Shown piece after piece: positions 45,601-57,110 of a DNA stretch of 64,000 nt. Both the position numbers and the translations under genes were made by a program. Source of the DNA: Mantamonas sphyraenae STR306. Taxonomy: Eukaryota; Protista; CRuMs. The notes under the pieces are model-generated. The model did no database searches, was not told the DNA's origin, and was given only the letters and a program-made list of their open reading frames with translations. Within the stretch, counting starts at the first letter, position 1, and each line of letters opens with the position of its first letter. Location: positions 124,001-188,000 of the forward strand of contig JAPMXV010000060.1 of assembly GCA_026936335.1 (NCBI GenBank), given 5' to 3'.

Positions 45601-48600
45601 GAAGGCGTTGGAATCGATGAGCAAGCAGTTGAAAGAGAGCAGCAGGGAAATCGAGTCGAGGAAACGCATGGTGCTTCAGGGCGAAGAGAAACTGGCGCGT
45701 CTGCAGAAGGAGATTGCGTCACAGAGCAAGAAGCTCATGGAGGCGGACGAAATCCGCGATCGATTGCGCGAAGTGAAGAAGCGCGAGGGATTGGTGCAAG
45801 CGAACAACCTGCGCGCTGAGACGATGAAAGAGCGCGCACAAATGATGCAAGAGGCGTTGGAAGACAAGGAAGTGGAGGTTGAAGCACTGGCGGCAGAGGC
45901 GGACGCGGCGGCGCGATCGTTGGAGATGCAACGCAGCGAACTTGCGCACGCCAAGGCAGAAGTGGCCAAGGCGCAGCAGAGGAGGAGTGCTCTGGAAGGT
46001 GAAGTGGCAGAGCTGAAGAGCCAGCTGCATGCGAGCGAGGCCCGTGCGAACCAACTGGCGACGGAAAAATCCAGGCTCCAAGGCGAATGCGATATGCAAC
46101 AGGAGCGTCTTGGCGAATTGCGGGAGAGGGTGGCAGGTGAGGAAGAAGGACGCAAGGCACTGGAGGAGAGGCTGATGGGTGCACTGGGATGGAAGAGCAA
46201 GCACGAGGAAACGGAACGTCGTGCAGAGTCTCTGCAGAGCCGTGTGGCGGAATTGGAGGCCACTGTGGCGCGGGAACAGGGCGCAGAGGACAAAGTGCGT
46301 GCAGTGCAGCGGGAGGTGGAAGATGCAGTGCGTGCATGCAGCATAGAGCGGGAGGAGAAGGAGCGAGCAAAAGCAGAGTTGGAGGAGTTGCGTGCCACAC
46401 TGGCACGAATGCGCGCACGGGAAGAGGAACAAGCGAGTGTACATGCACAGTGGAAGGTTGAGGCGGAAGAGGTAGCTGCGAAGCGGAAGGAGTGGGAGGA
46501 AAAGATTGCAACCCAGGCGATGGCGTTGGAGCGGATGGAGAGGCAGCTTGTGGAGAGCAAGGTGGAGAGCTCGGGCATGGAGCGCAAGCATGACACGATG
46601 CACTTTGAGGCCATTGAGCGTGAAAAGAGCGTGGTGCGGTTGGAGGGCATTGTGCGACGCATGGAGGAGGAGAACAAGGCGCTGCACGAGCAGGCGAACC
46701 ACTTTCGGGACTCGCTGTTGAAGAAGAATATGGAGTACGAAGAGATGGTTCGCATGTTTGAGTCGTACAACATCGGCACGAGTGTCATGATGGAGGCGCT
46801 TGCAGAACGTGCAGACGCAACGGAGCAGGCCTTGTTGGAGAGCACGTCCTCGGGCATTCACGCACATCCAAACACGCAAACAGTGACAGTGGCCCCGCAG
46901 ATGCGACCCATTGTCGAAGAAGACGAACATGCAGATGCGGACAGTGTGGAAGGGACTGAGGTCGAGGAGGAGGAGGAACGGTACGAGTCGGATGGCGAAG
47001 CGGACACTTTGGATGACTCGGATGACGACAATGCGGATGAAGCGGCAAAGCTGATGCGCAAACAGGCAAAGGCACATCTGAAGATGATGGACGCGTTGGA
47101 GGCACGCTTCGAGGAGATGCTGGAGCAGAAGGACGAGGAGATGGACGAGCTGCGCTGGGCGCTGGAAAGCGAGCACGATGCAGAGATGCAGGATGCAGTG
47201 GAGACGATGAAGCGTGTGAGGGAGAGCATGGATGAGCACAGGCGTGGCGTGGTGGACGCACAGGCACAGAGGAATGCTGAAGCCACTGCACCTTGGACCG
47301 CTCGCGCACAGCTGGTGGAGCTGCATACGGCACTGGACGCCTTGCGTCTGCGCGAGGTGGATCTGATGGAAGAGAGACGTCAGCTGCACGTGGCCCTGGA
47401 AATCCATGGGATGGAAAGTGCGTCACAAAAGGCGCTTCAGCTTGAACTGCAACACGCGCTGCATGTGATGGCCAACGTACACGAGGACCAGATGCAGACA
47501 TGGTATGCACAGGTACAGACGGTGTGTGCACAGACCGCAGAGGCACGTCAGCATGCGCACAGGGCGGAGGAGGAGCGGGAAGCGTGTGAAGGGCAGCTTC
47601 GCAGTGCTCTGGAGACATTGCGTGAGCGCGACGAGACTGTGGCACGCATGCAGTCGGAAGCGGAGTCGGTGCGGGAGGAGGTGGAGGCACATGCGCGAGA
47701 ACACGATGGCGTGATGCAAGAATTGCAGGAGTTGCGTGATGTTGTGGAGAACATGCGCAGCAAGGACAACGAGTCGCAAGACACGGCGGCTGCGCTACGC
47801 AAGGAGCTGCAGGCGGCAAAGGAAGCGCTTCAAGAGGCGGAAACCGAGGCGGAGGTGGAAGCGAGTGCATCTGCGCGAGCGTTGGAAGAAATGACCACAT
47901 TGCTGGTGGAAGGCAGGCAGGCGGCGGCGGAGGGATTGCAAGCTGTGGCCAGGGTAGAGCAGTTGGAGAGCACTGTGGAGGCGCAGGCAGAGGAAATGGC
48001 GCAGCTGCGCGCAGATGTGGAAGCACAGCGTGCAATGACAGATGGGTTCCGTCAGCAGGTGGACGAGTTGAACCTGGAGTTGGAGGAAAGGAAGCGCGAG
48101 AGCGAGGAGCTGCTGCAGGAACTGGACGTTGTGCACGCAGAACAGGATTCGATGCAAAGCATGGGCTTGGACGCACAGGCGGAAGCGGGACGTCTGAAAG
48201 CAGAGATGCAGCAGCTGGAAGAGCGCCTGAGCGAAGGAGGCAAGGATGCACGTCGCCAGGAGCGCAAGGTGAAGGAATTGGTGGGTGTGGTGGAACGACA
48301 AAAGGGCGAACTTGCGTCTGCCAACGCACGCTTGGAGGAACGCACGCGGGAACGCGACGAGGCACGGGCAAAGCTGGCCACGGAGCGATCGGCACGCGAG
48401 CGTGCAGAAGAGCGCGCAAGTGGCGCACGTGGCGAGTTGGAAGAGAAGACAGCCACGTGCGTGCGTCTGCAGAGCGAGTGTGATACGCTGAGTAGCCAGA
48501 AGCGGGCTGCAGAGGCGGAGGGCGAACGGTTGGTGGAACAGGTGCACGTGGCACAAGCCAAGATTGGCCAGCTGAGCAGCAGGCAGCAGAACGATGAGGC

Positions 48601-51600
48601 TGAGCTGCAGGAACTGCGTACCAAGGCTGGCACTTTGGAGGAGAGGCACACACGTGACAGGGAACGCGTCGATGCGCTGCAGGCTGAGCGAGACACGTTG
48701 GATGCACGTGTGGCGGAATTGGAAGCCGAGCTGGAGGAGCACAAGCGTGCTGCGACGACAATGTCCACAGAGCAGAGGCAAACGCAAAAGGCGGCACACA
48801 AGGCGCAAAAGGACGCACAAGCGTACGAGGATGCGTTGAAAGAGGCGCAAAAGCAGATGACAGCAAGCAAGGAGCAGGTGGAAGGATTGGAAGCGCACGT
48901 GCGCAAGGTGGAAGAAGAGGTGGAAGAGCGACGGGAGGAGGTGAAGCTTCTCAAGGCGCAGGTGGCAGAACAGCGTGCGCGCGTGCAGGCCATGGAGAGT
49001 GGAGGAAGCGAACTGAAGGTGGAACATGCCGGGGTGCTGGTGCGTGCACAGGAACTGGAGCTCGAACTGCAGGCGGAACGCGAGGACAAGGCGGAAAGGG
49101 AACGTCTCATGCAAACGCACCACAAGGAGCAGGAGGCGGCGTGGAAGGCACAAGTGGAAGTGGCGGAGCGTGAGAGCGCAGGGTACCAGGAGCAAGCGGC
49201 GGCGGAGGCCAAGCGAGCACGCAAGCTGGAGAAGAAGATGCGCAAGGCGGTGGAGGCGCAGGAACAGCTGAAGGCGCAGTGGAAGACGAGTTCGGGACGT
49301 TGGGAGCGTCTGGAACGCGATCTGAAAGCTTGCATGGAAGAGCGCGACGGGCTGGCCAAGGACAAGGGCGAGTTGAAGAAGAAGGTGGAGAAGATGCAGA
49401 AGCAGCTGGCAGCACGTGTGCAGAACGTGGTGACAGCAAACCAGGTGGCCAAGGAACGCATGGGACGCGACACGGACACGGCCAGCGTGGTGAGCAGCGC
49501 GAGCTCGCGACGCACAGAGGGCACGGTGTTGGGTGTGGAGGCAAGCGTGTACCAAGAAGTGCTGAAGGACAATCGCAAACTGGAGAACAAGCTGCAGCAG
49601 ATGCAGGAGGCTCTGGAGGCCATGAAGCGCATCCAGGCACGCAAGGCAGACGACGAAGAGGCCATGGATGCACCGTATGGCAACTACCATCGTGCTGGAT
49701 CGCAGAGCAGGCCAGATGGAGGCGGAGGCAGTGGGCAGGGTGCACGCGGTGTCAATGATCGCTCCACAGAACTGAACAACACACTGGACGGTGGATCTGG
49801 GTCTTCTGGAGGATTTGGTGGTGGTGGCGGTGGTGGAGGAGGTGGAGGTGGAGGGGGTGGAGGTGGAGGGGGCGATGGCGACGGGGGTGAAGATCGCAAG
49901 GACGATGAGGATGACGAGGATGACGAGGAGGCCGACGAGGAAGAGGAGGAGCAAGAGGTGGACGACGAGGAGCAAGAGGACCGAGAATCAGAGTATGACA
50001 CGGGGTACGACCCATTGGAGACGAGCGATGTGGATGTGGTGGTGGATTTGGATGATGTGGAAGAGATGATGGCGCCACAGATGCAGTATGCCCCGTTGTA
50101 CAAGACGGAACGCATGCGACGGGAGGTGTTGGACCACAGCTCGTTGGTGTACGAAGAGGCATTGGCACACGCACGGGACCGAGCGACAGTGTCTGAGCAG
50201 GAGAACGAGGAGCTGCGAGCCAAGGTGGAGGCCCTGGAACAAGCGCTGGAGGATGAAAAGGCTCGGTTCTCGTCGATGGAAAAGGACAGCGTGGAACACC
50301 GATTCCGTTCGCTGGAATCGAAGAAGCGGAAGGAAAAGGTGGAGTCGCAACAGGTGGATCTGCTGTTTGAAATGCGGGTGTGGAAGGAAAAGGTGGAGGA
50401 GGAAGAGAAGCAGCGGGTGGAACTGGTGAACAGAGTCAAGGCGGACTACGAAGCGGTGCAAACGGCAAAGAAGGAGCTGGAAGTGGAGCTGGAGACGTTG
50501 AAGAGCAACATGCGCACGCAGCTGCCGGTGTATGAACGGCAGGTAAGCACGCTCCAAGCAGCATTGGAGCAGCAGAGCCAGGAGGTGCTGCACCAGAGGC
50601 AGCTGCTGCAGATGGCGCAAGAGGCGAGTGAAGAGAGCGAACGAGAGCGGATGGAGAACGAACGAGCGCTGGAAGCAATTGTGCGTGAGGTGTCCGGCCA
50701 GCTTGCGGTGGCACAGGCACACGAACGGGAACTGGAGGCAGCGGTGCGTGGACAGGGTGACAAGAGCAAGGTGGAGGCGTTGTCGCTGCAGCGAGAGAGG
50801 GACGAGAGGACTCGAGAGAGGGACGAGATGCGTGAGGCGCGTGACGAGGCACAGGAGCTGTTGGTGGAAGTGCAGGGACGTGTGGCCGAGATCAAGGGGG
50901 AGCGAGACGCAGCACGCAAGGAGGCACGAAGGCACGAAGAAGCACGTCGCAAGGCGGAGGAAGAGGTGAATGGGCTGAAGAAGGAGCTGGATACGTGGAA
51001 GGTGCGTGTGATGGATCTGCAGGAGCAAATGGGCAAGGCACAGCTGGCACATCAGGCGGAAATGCTGCAACATGGTGTGGACCGAGAATCACAGGAGAAT
51101 GTGCAGCAGCTGGTGGAGTTCAGCAAGGAGGTGAGCCAGATGCTGCAAGGGGCGACCGAAAAGGCGAGCAGGCTGGAAGCGGAACGGGATCAGTTGCAGG
51201 CAATGCTGTTGGCGGTGCAGAACGAACGCAACATGGCCACAGAGGCACTGATTGAGGTGCGTCATCTGATGGACGTGCAGGCATCTGAGAACATGCTGAA
51301 TCAGCGTGAGAATGCACTGTCGCGCAAGTCGGCAAGCACTATACGCATGGAGATGGAGGCCAGGGAGAGTGCGCTGGAGCTGTGTCAGCGACAGTTGGAA
51401 CAGCTGCGTGAGGAGAGCGAAACGGTGACCAGCAAACTGGAGCAGCTGCGAGTGGTCGCGGACACGGCCAACAAGCAGAAGGAAATGATCAAGATGGAGC
51501 TGGACGTGTTGCGCACACGTGTGGAATCCATGGAACGGGAGCACACCAAGCAGAATCAGGCGGCGCAAGAAGCAACGGCAGAGTGGGAGGAGGAGCGTGA

Positions 51601-52309
51601 ACAGATGCAGAGCGAAATCGGACGGCTGACCCAGTTGCTGGGTAAGGACAAGATGATGAAGAGACTGAAGGAGTTGGAGGCCAGCAACGAGGAGCTGCAC
51701 ACACGCAGTGAGCATCTGGAGCGAGAGAACGTCCACTTGCAGCAGCAGTTGACCGGGAGCAAGATCAAATCGCGCACGGAACTGCAAATGCCGCTGGAAA
51801 AGGCGCAAGAGCGTGTGGCCGAGCTGGAGACACAGTTGCGTGAGCTGCTGAAGCGGATGGAGAACGAACAGCGACGGCGAGAGGCAGTGGAGGAGGAGTC
51901 GAGGTCGCTGCGTGCACACCTGGAACAGCGTGAGGATGAACTGAGGGAGCAGCACGCAGAGTCGGAACGATTGGGTATGGAGGTGGGACATCTGGAAGAG
52001 TTGCAAGAGCGCATGGCGGCTCAGGTGGAGGTGATGGGAGAAGAACGTGCGCACCTCATGAGCAAGGTGGAACGCATGCGCAGCAAGATCCGTGCCTTGG
52101 AAGAGCAAATTGAACGGGGTCCCTCGACGCTGTACAACTCGACAGCCACCAGCCGCAAGAAGAATGCCAAGAGCAGCAGCAGCAGCAGCAGCAAGAGTGG
52201 CAAGAGCAGGCTCGGTGCATCGGGCAATGTGTCGTCGACGTCCATTGGCAGCAGCAGCAGCAGCACAAAGAAAAAGGTGAAGCGCAAGGCACGTGTGGCG
52301 CGTGGGTGA
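27604..52309 (+). CDS. Giant (~8170 aa) coiled-coil protein, join(27604..27780,27983..52309)
   Basis: One uninterrupted 24.3-kb exon of E/Q/R/K/A/L-rich heptad sequence. The track's GTG start is replaced by ATG 27604 plus a phase-0 intron GTTAGT (27781)..CTGAC..CAG (27982). No motor or enzyme domain recognised. Confidence 0.9.
28638..29686 (+). repeat. Coding 90-bp (30-aa) tandem array, 11 full + 1 partial unit: EDDHGNVRRNPNFQGFGKKKSTPKEEETPK
   Basis: ATGACCATGG recurs every 90 bp from 28641 to 29631. Degenerate copies flank the array at ~28514-28563 and ~29753-29800. Confidence 0.97.
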
Positions 52310-52417
52310 AGGCGAGGAATGGGAATGGGGAATGAAGGTTGAGAAGAGTGTGGAGCAGCGTCTGCGCAGTGCAAGCCACCATTTTCCATCCCACAAATCA
52401 CTTGTTTGCACACAGAT

Positions 52418-53872
52418 ATGTCCAACAGCAGACAGGATGATGACGCAGTGTCGGAGGCGTCGTCGCATGCGTCGATCACATCGTTGAGTCAGGTGCGTGG
52501 GGCGGAAGGATCAGTGACGCGCAGCTCGGCAAGCGTGCGACCTACCAAGAGCAGTGGAGGCGGAGTGGACGGCGTGTTCCACGAGCGTGTCAACTACCCA
52601 CTGTATTGTGTGCAGCTATTGGACATGGAGGTGCGGGAGGACGCAGACGAGGGCAAGGAGGCCGCAAAGGGGAATTCGAGCGAGGCAGGATCGTCATCGT
52701 TACGTCATCGCGGCAAGGGGAAGAAGAAGGAGGCGAACAAAGGCAAGGAGGAGAAGGAGAAAGAGGAGAACGAAAACACGGAGGAAGAATCGGAGTCAGA
52801 GGCAAGTGAGGTGCGTTCGTTGGTGCTTGTAGGCGGTGGAGGCGGAGAGGGCAAGACGGGCGTGACGAATGGACTTCTCGGGTACGTGTTGAGCGACAGG
52901 ACGGGATTCACACATGCATCGAGCCACGAGGAGGGCGAAGACGTGGTGCACAACATGGCCAAACACCCGTCGCAACCGTACGTGGCTTGTGGCGTGGGCA
53001 AGCAGTGTGTGGTGTTGCGCGTTGGTGCGTCGGGCAGTGTGGAAGAGGTGAGCAGGGTACAAACGGACGAGAGCGAAGAGGGATTGCAAAAGGCAGTGGC
53101 GTTTTGCAGCAAAGGAGACATGGTGGCCGTGGGTATGGAGGACACACGTGTCAAGGTGCTGTCGTTCCCGGCACTGAAGGAACAGCAGGTGCTGGAGGGC
53201 CACAGCGACCATGTGACGGCGGTGGGGTTTCTTCAGGGCGATGCGTATGTTGTGTCTGCGTCCAAAGATGGCACCCTGCGTGTGTGGGATCGGAAGAAGG
53301 GCGAGTGTGTGTGTGTGCACGACTCGATGACAAAGACGGTGAGCAGCAGGCGAGGCAAACAATCGCAGGTGCGCCTGTCCTTCCGTGCCTTTGCCATCCA
53401 TCACAACAACGGTGGGGAAGGAGGTGAAGACGACGACGAGTGGCTGGTGTACACGTTGCAGACGGGCAAGAATGCAGCCAGCTATGTGGAGGCGTTGCGA
53501 TGGTCGAAGGAGACAGAGGGCAAGCTGGAAGTGGTGCAGAGTGCTGTCAAGGTGCATGCGTTGCCATTGACATGCATGGATGTGGATGCACGTGGCACGC
53601 TGTTGGCAATGGGAGATGTCAAGGGCACACTGGTGGTGTGTGAGACGGCATCGCTGTGGGTGCGCATGAGCAAGCAGGTCCACGGGTTCTTTATCAGCGG
53701 GGTGCAGTTTGACACCCTGGGCCATCATGTCATCAGTGTTGGTGGCGACCGTCTCTTGTCCTGTGTGCCTGTGGAGCGCACAAACACTCTCTTTGGCAAC
53801 ACTGTGTGCAACGTCATCGTGGTCATTCTCGTGCTCATCTTTCTGGTGCTCGGGTACATGCAGTTCCGTTGA
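52418..53872 (+). CDS. SEC12: Sec12/PREB, Sar1 guanine nucleotide exchange factor (WD40 propeller + C-terminal TM)
   Basis: K-loop signature VLVGGGGGEGKTGVTNGL, WD repeats (LEGHSDHVTAVGF...SASKDGTLRVWD), VHGFFISGVQF and a C-terminal TM segment VIVVILVLIFLVLGY. Confidence 0.9.
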   Translation: MSNSRQDDDAVSEASSHASITSLSQVRGAEGSVTRSSASVRPTKSSGGGVDGVFHERVNYPLYCVQLLDMEVREDADEGKEAAKGNSSEAGSSSLRHRGKGKKKEANKGKEEKEKEENENTEEESESEASEVRSLVLVGGGGGEGKTGVTNGLLGYVLSDRTGFTHASSHEEGEDVVHNMAKHPSQPYVACGVGKQCVVLRVGASGSVEEVSRVQTDESEEGLQKAVAFCSKGDMVAVGMEDTRVKVLSFPALKEQQVLEGHSDHVTAVGFLQGDAYVVSASKDGTLRVWDRKKGECVCVHDSMTKTVSSRRGKQSQVRLSFRAFAIHHNNGGEGGEDDDEWLVYTLQTGKNAASYVEALRWSKETEGKLEVVQSAVKVHALPLTCMDVDARGTLLAMGDVKGTLVVCETASLWVRMSKQVHGFFISGVQFDTLGHHVISVGGDRLLSCVPVERTNTLFGNTVCNVIVVILVLIFLVLGYMQFR

Positions 53873-53920
53873 TTGATCAGAATTGGAAATATTCCATTTG
53901 CTGTTCTCTCCTTCCCTCAC

Positions 53921-56900
53921 TCATGCTTCTTGCTCACCGTTGGGACCCCCGGCCTCTGCTGCCTGCTGCATGACCGCCACCGCTTCGGGCGGATACCGAA
54001 AGGGCATGGTGCCATAGTTGATGGCCACCTGGCTATCCTCACGTCCCACAATCACCCACAGATACATGTAGTGGCCCGAAATGGCTTCGAAGCGCCGTCT
54101 GCGGGCTCGTCGTTTGCCAGTGCGTTTCCTGCGCTGCTCGTCGTACGCCTGTCGCCGCTGGGTAACACCACGGTCAAACTGTGTCTTTTCAGCACCCAAC
54201 AGAGTGGGCAGTTTGCCCTCCTTGCGTGTGTGCACTGCTCCGTACGTCGACGTCATTTCCGCCTTGGTGGTCGATCGTGTTCGTTGTTTGCCACTGGATG
54301 ACGATGATGACGATGATGACGATGACGATGATGCCTGTGTGTCTTCGGTTGCTCCTGCCACGTGGAGTCCATGTCTGGCCATGATGTCGTCTATGGAAGG
54401 CACCTGAAAGTCGGCGACGCGTGCCTCGGTGCCATCGACGAGGTTTGCCCACTCCTGAAACTCGCCATTGAAGGTGGTGAACAGGGAACGCAGGTCCGGC
54501 ACATAGCCAATGCCCAACACATCGCCATCGTTGAGTTGCGACACTTCGGGTGCAGAGATGTTGGTGGGGCCCAGCCAGCGGTAGACAAAGTCAGAATCGT
54601 GGAGATCCTTGGGACGGGAACCGACCAGAGCCATCCCCACGTGTCCCGTGCCCCTTCCAGCGCGGTGGACAATCAATTCGGCATAGCTCACTCGCATGGG
54701 CAGCAAAGGGTACATGTGTGCATGCAGAGGAAACTTGCTGCGCATGGCGTAGCGTCGAAATCGTTGGCCTGAACGCGTGCTGGTGGTGCTGGTGATCGCC
54801 TTTCGTCCTTGCGTCGTCTGCTTGCTGTTGTTCCAGCTGATCACACGATCATGAAAGGAGAGGTCCAGTGGATGGGCATGGGTGGTGTCGACTGGTACCC
54901 ACAGGTCCCGTGAGCGCGAGGTGGGATCGGTGGATACCATCAACACATGGGCATCCATCCCATTCTGTGCCACCATCCGCCATGCTCCCAGTTGCATCTG
55001 TACAAACTCCTCCTCAGAGGGCACACCAGCACCAGGGCCTCTGCGACCACTACTGCTGCTGCTGCTGCCCATTCCCATCTTGTCATACGCTTCTGCTGTC
55101 TCTTTGGCAGCCTGCACAAACCACCCGTCGCGGTACTGGACAATGTGCAGCATGTGTTGCACGTACGGCGACTGGAAAAGGGCGCTCCAACGACGGGAGA
55201 CCACAGGCAGGATCATGAGGTCGGCCAGATCGAGGAAGGAGAGGATGTTGAGTTTGACCTCGATGGGAGCAAAGGCAAGCACGTCAAAGCGCAATGCACA
55301 CGGTTGATCCGGCTCTTGGGTGGCCCTGTGTCGTTCGTGCTCCAGAGCCAATGCGCCGTATTGCAACACAATCATCTCGTCGAGAGAGGTGGGCAGGTGG
55401 TCCACCACACGCGGATGCAACAGGGCCTGTTTGCTGATCCCTGTCTGACGCACAAGACGAGCCACGTGCACACGTTCCCTCTTCCTTGCCTCCTTGTTCT
55501 CCGCCACGATTGCCTTGCGCAACACCTTGCGTCGTGCACGGCTGCTGCTCACCTCCATCAGCCGTGGAATGGTGCGCAGTGACAATGTCGACGTGCTGCT
55601 TGTCAATCCCATCATCCGTTCCGCCTGTGCAATGTGACGTGGCGACAGACGACTCAACACAGGATCAGCCTCAATGAGACTTCTGGGTGTGGCCACTCCA
55701 TGCACCCGTTTGCCCTGGTGGTGTGCAAACCGATTCAACGCATTCACACGCACACTCCCATCCCGCGTGTCCCGTTCCACGCCCCTGCTGGGACTGTGGA
55801 CCATCCCACCACCATGGGTATTGCCTGCAGTGTGGTTGTTGTTGTTGTTGTTGTTGTTGTTTGTGTGTTTGCTGCTGTTGCCATTGTCCCGTGCCACCTG
55901 TTGGATGCGAATCAACGAATTGTCTTCCAACGCAATGGCCAACTGTTTGGCAGTGGTTTCTGCATCCACGTCGCCCAGGTTGTCGCTGCGTTGCGTGGAG
56001 CGTGACAACAGCGACAGCCGATGGGGATCCAACGCCGTCGTCGGGAATGTCGATTGGTGCAATTGGATGTCCGTGTCGGTTTGGCCCTCCTGTTCCGCCA
56101 TGCTCATGTCCTGATTGCGAGTGTGCAACAAGGATGATCGCAACAGGGCCAATGTTTGCTTGCCACCACCACCTCCAGCCCCAGCCCCCATTCCATGCCT
56201 TCCATACCCTGTACGTGCCAATGGGTTCCCTCCCATGGCCATCACGTTGTGGATGTCTGCCAATGCTGCCACCGCTGCCACCTGACGCCGTGCCTTGGCT
56301 GCCTCTCGTCGTCGTCGTGCTGCATCACTCTCCACCTCCCGGCTCGTGCTTGCCGACGACAACACAGACCGAATGGTCATCAATTCCCCGTCGTCGCCAT
56401 ATCCACCCCATTCCCCATCCTCCTGAGCATCATCCCATCCATCCTCATCCTCGTCTTCGTCCTCCTCATCGTGTCCTGTGCCTCGTCTGATGCCTGCCCG
56501 TCGTCGACCGTTGTTGCCGCCGTTTCGTTTGGCCCTGCCCCTGCCTCGTCGCTGGTCCACCTCCAACCGCTCACCACCGTCCAGCTCATCCTCATCAAAG
56601 TGAAGTGCCCCCAGGTATGCTGGTTGCCTCACCATGCCATCCTGCACCACAATCTGCTTCCGTCGTCGTGCTGCCTGCCGTCCCCTATCCGCTTGCCGCC
56701 CCGAACTGCCGCCCCCTGCGCCAGCTTGGCTATCCCTGCGTGCCATGATCCGCTTGGCTGCATTCATGGACTCCCTACGTCCCACCTTGTGTCTTCCATA
56801 TGCCGTCACCGGCGATCCCGGGTCCACGGGGGGCAGTTTCTTGTGTCTGCTCCCTCCGCTGCCGCTGCTCCCAGTCGAGCTTGCTCCAGCACTGCTTCCG

Positions 56901-57013
56901 CTGCCCGGATTGCCAAACGTGTACAGTTGCATGGGTTGTGGAGACGCCCCACCACTGTTGGACGATGCACTCCGCCGCACCATGGCCTGTCTGCGGCGTG
57001 GTGACTCCTCCAT
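53921..57013 (-). CDS. F-box + SPRY domain protein with long disordered N-terminus
   Basis: F-box PIEVKLNILSFLDLADLMILPVVSRRWSALF. SPRY-like SYAELIV, GDVLGIGY..LFTTFNGEF and INYGTMPFRY. Confidence 0.8.
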   Translation of the reverse strand: MEESPRRRQAMVRRSASSNSGGASPQPMQLYTFGNPGSGSSAGASSTGSSGSGGSRHKKLPPVDPGSPVTAYGRHKVGRRESMNAAKRIMARRDSQAGAGGGSSGRQADRGRQAARRRKQIVVQDGMVRQPAYLGALHFDEDELDGGERLEVDQRRGRGRAKRNGGNNGRRRAGIRRGTGHDEEDEDEDEDGWDDAQEDGEWGGYGDDGELMTIRSVLSSASTSREVESDAARRRREAAKARRQVAAVAALADIHNVMAMGGNPLARTGYGRHGMGAGAGGGGGKQTLALLRSSLLHTRNQDMSMAEQEGQTDTDIQLHQSTFPTTALDPHRLSLLSRSTQRSDNLGDVDAETTAKQLAIALEDNSLIRIQQVARDNGNSSKHTNNNNNNNNNHTAGNTHGGGMVHSPSRGVERDTRDGSVRVNALNRFAHHQGKRVHGVATPRSLIEADPVLSRLSPRHIAQAERMMGLTSSTSTLSLRTIPRLMEVSSSRARRKVLRKAIVAENKEARKRERVHVARLVRQTGISKQALLHPRVVDHLPTSLDEMIVLQYGALALEHERHRATQEPDQPCALRFDVLAFAPIEVKLNILSFLDLADLMILPVVSRRWSALFQSPYVQHMLHIVQYRDGWFVQAAKETAEAYDKMGMGSSSSSSGRRGPGAGVPSEEEFVQMQLGAWRMVAQNGMDAHVLMVSTDPTSRSRDLWVPVDTTHAHPLDLSFHDRVISWNNSKQTTQGRKAITSTTSTRSGQRFRRYAMRSKFPLHAHMYPLLPMRVSYAELIVHRAGRGTGHVGMALVGSRPKDLHDSDFVYRWLGPTNISAPEVSQLNDGDVLGIGYVPDLRSLFTTFNGEFQEWANLVDGTEARVADFQVPSIDDIMARHGLHVAGATEDTQASSSSSSSSSSSSSGKQRTRSTTKAEMTSTYGAVHTRKEGKLPTLLGAEKTQFDRGVTQRRQAYDEQRRKRTGKRRARRRRFEAISGHYMYLWVIVGREDSQVAINYGTMPFRYPPEAVAVMQQAAEAGGPNGEQEA

Positions 57014-57110
57014 GGATCAACGGTGTGAGGGGTGTTCTCCTTGCCCCATCTGCCGCAACGCAACCTGTCGCAATTGGATCCCACCCGCACCTCCCGACGT
57101 CGTCGTTCAC

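Noticed and set aside
27604-52309. Myosin, kinesin or SMC identity, or viral origin, for the giant protein
   Set aside because: No P-loop, motor or hinge motifs seen; the gene has a host-type intron and composition like its neighbours.
31346-52468. Many long antisense ORFs (up to 726 aa) opposite the giant gene
   Set aside because: Shadow ORFs from GC-rich, GAG/CAG/CTG-biased codon usage; the products are L/F/P-rich with no recognisable motifs.
56634-57110. N-terminal extension of the SNF2 ORF overlapping the F-box gene
   Set aside because: Reads as the antisense shadow of the F-box CDS; ATG 57111 fits the usual divergent spacing.
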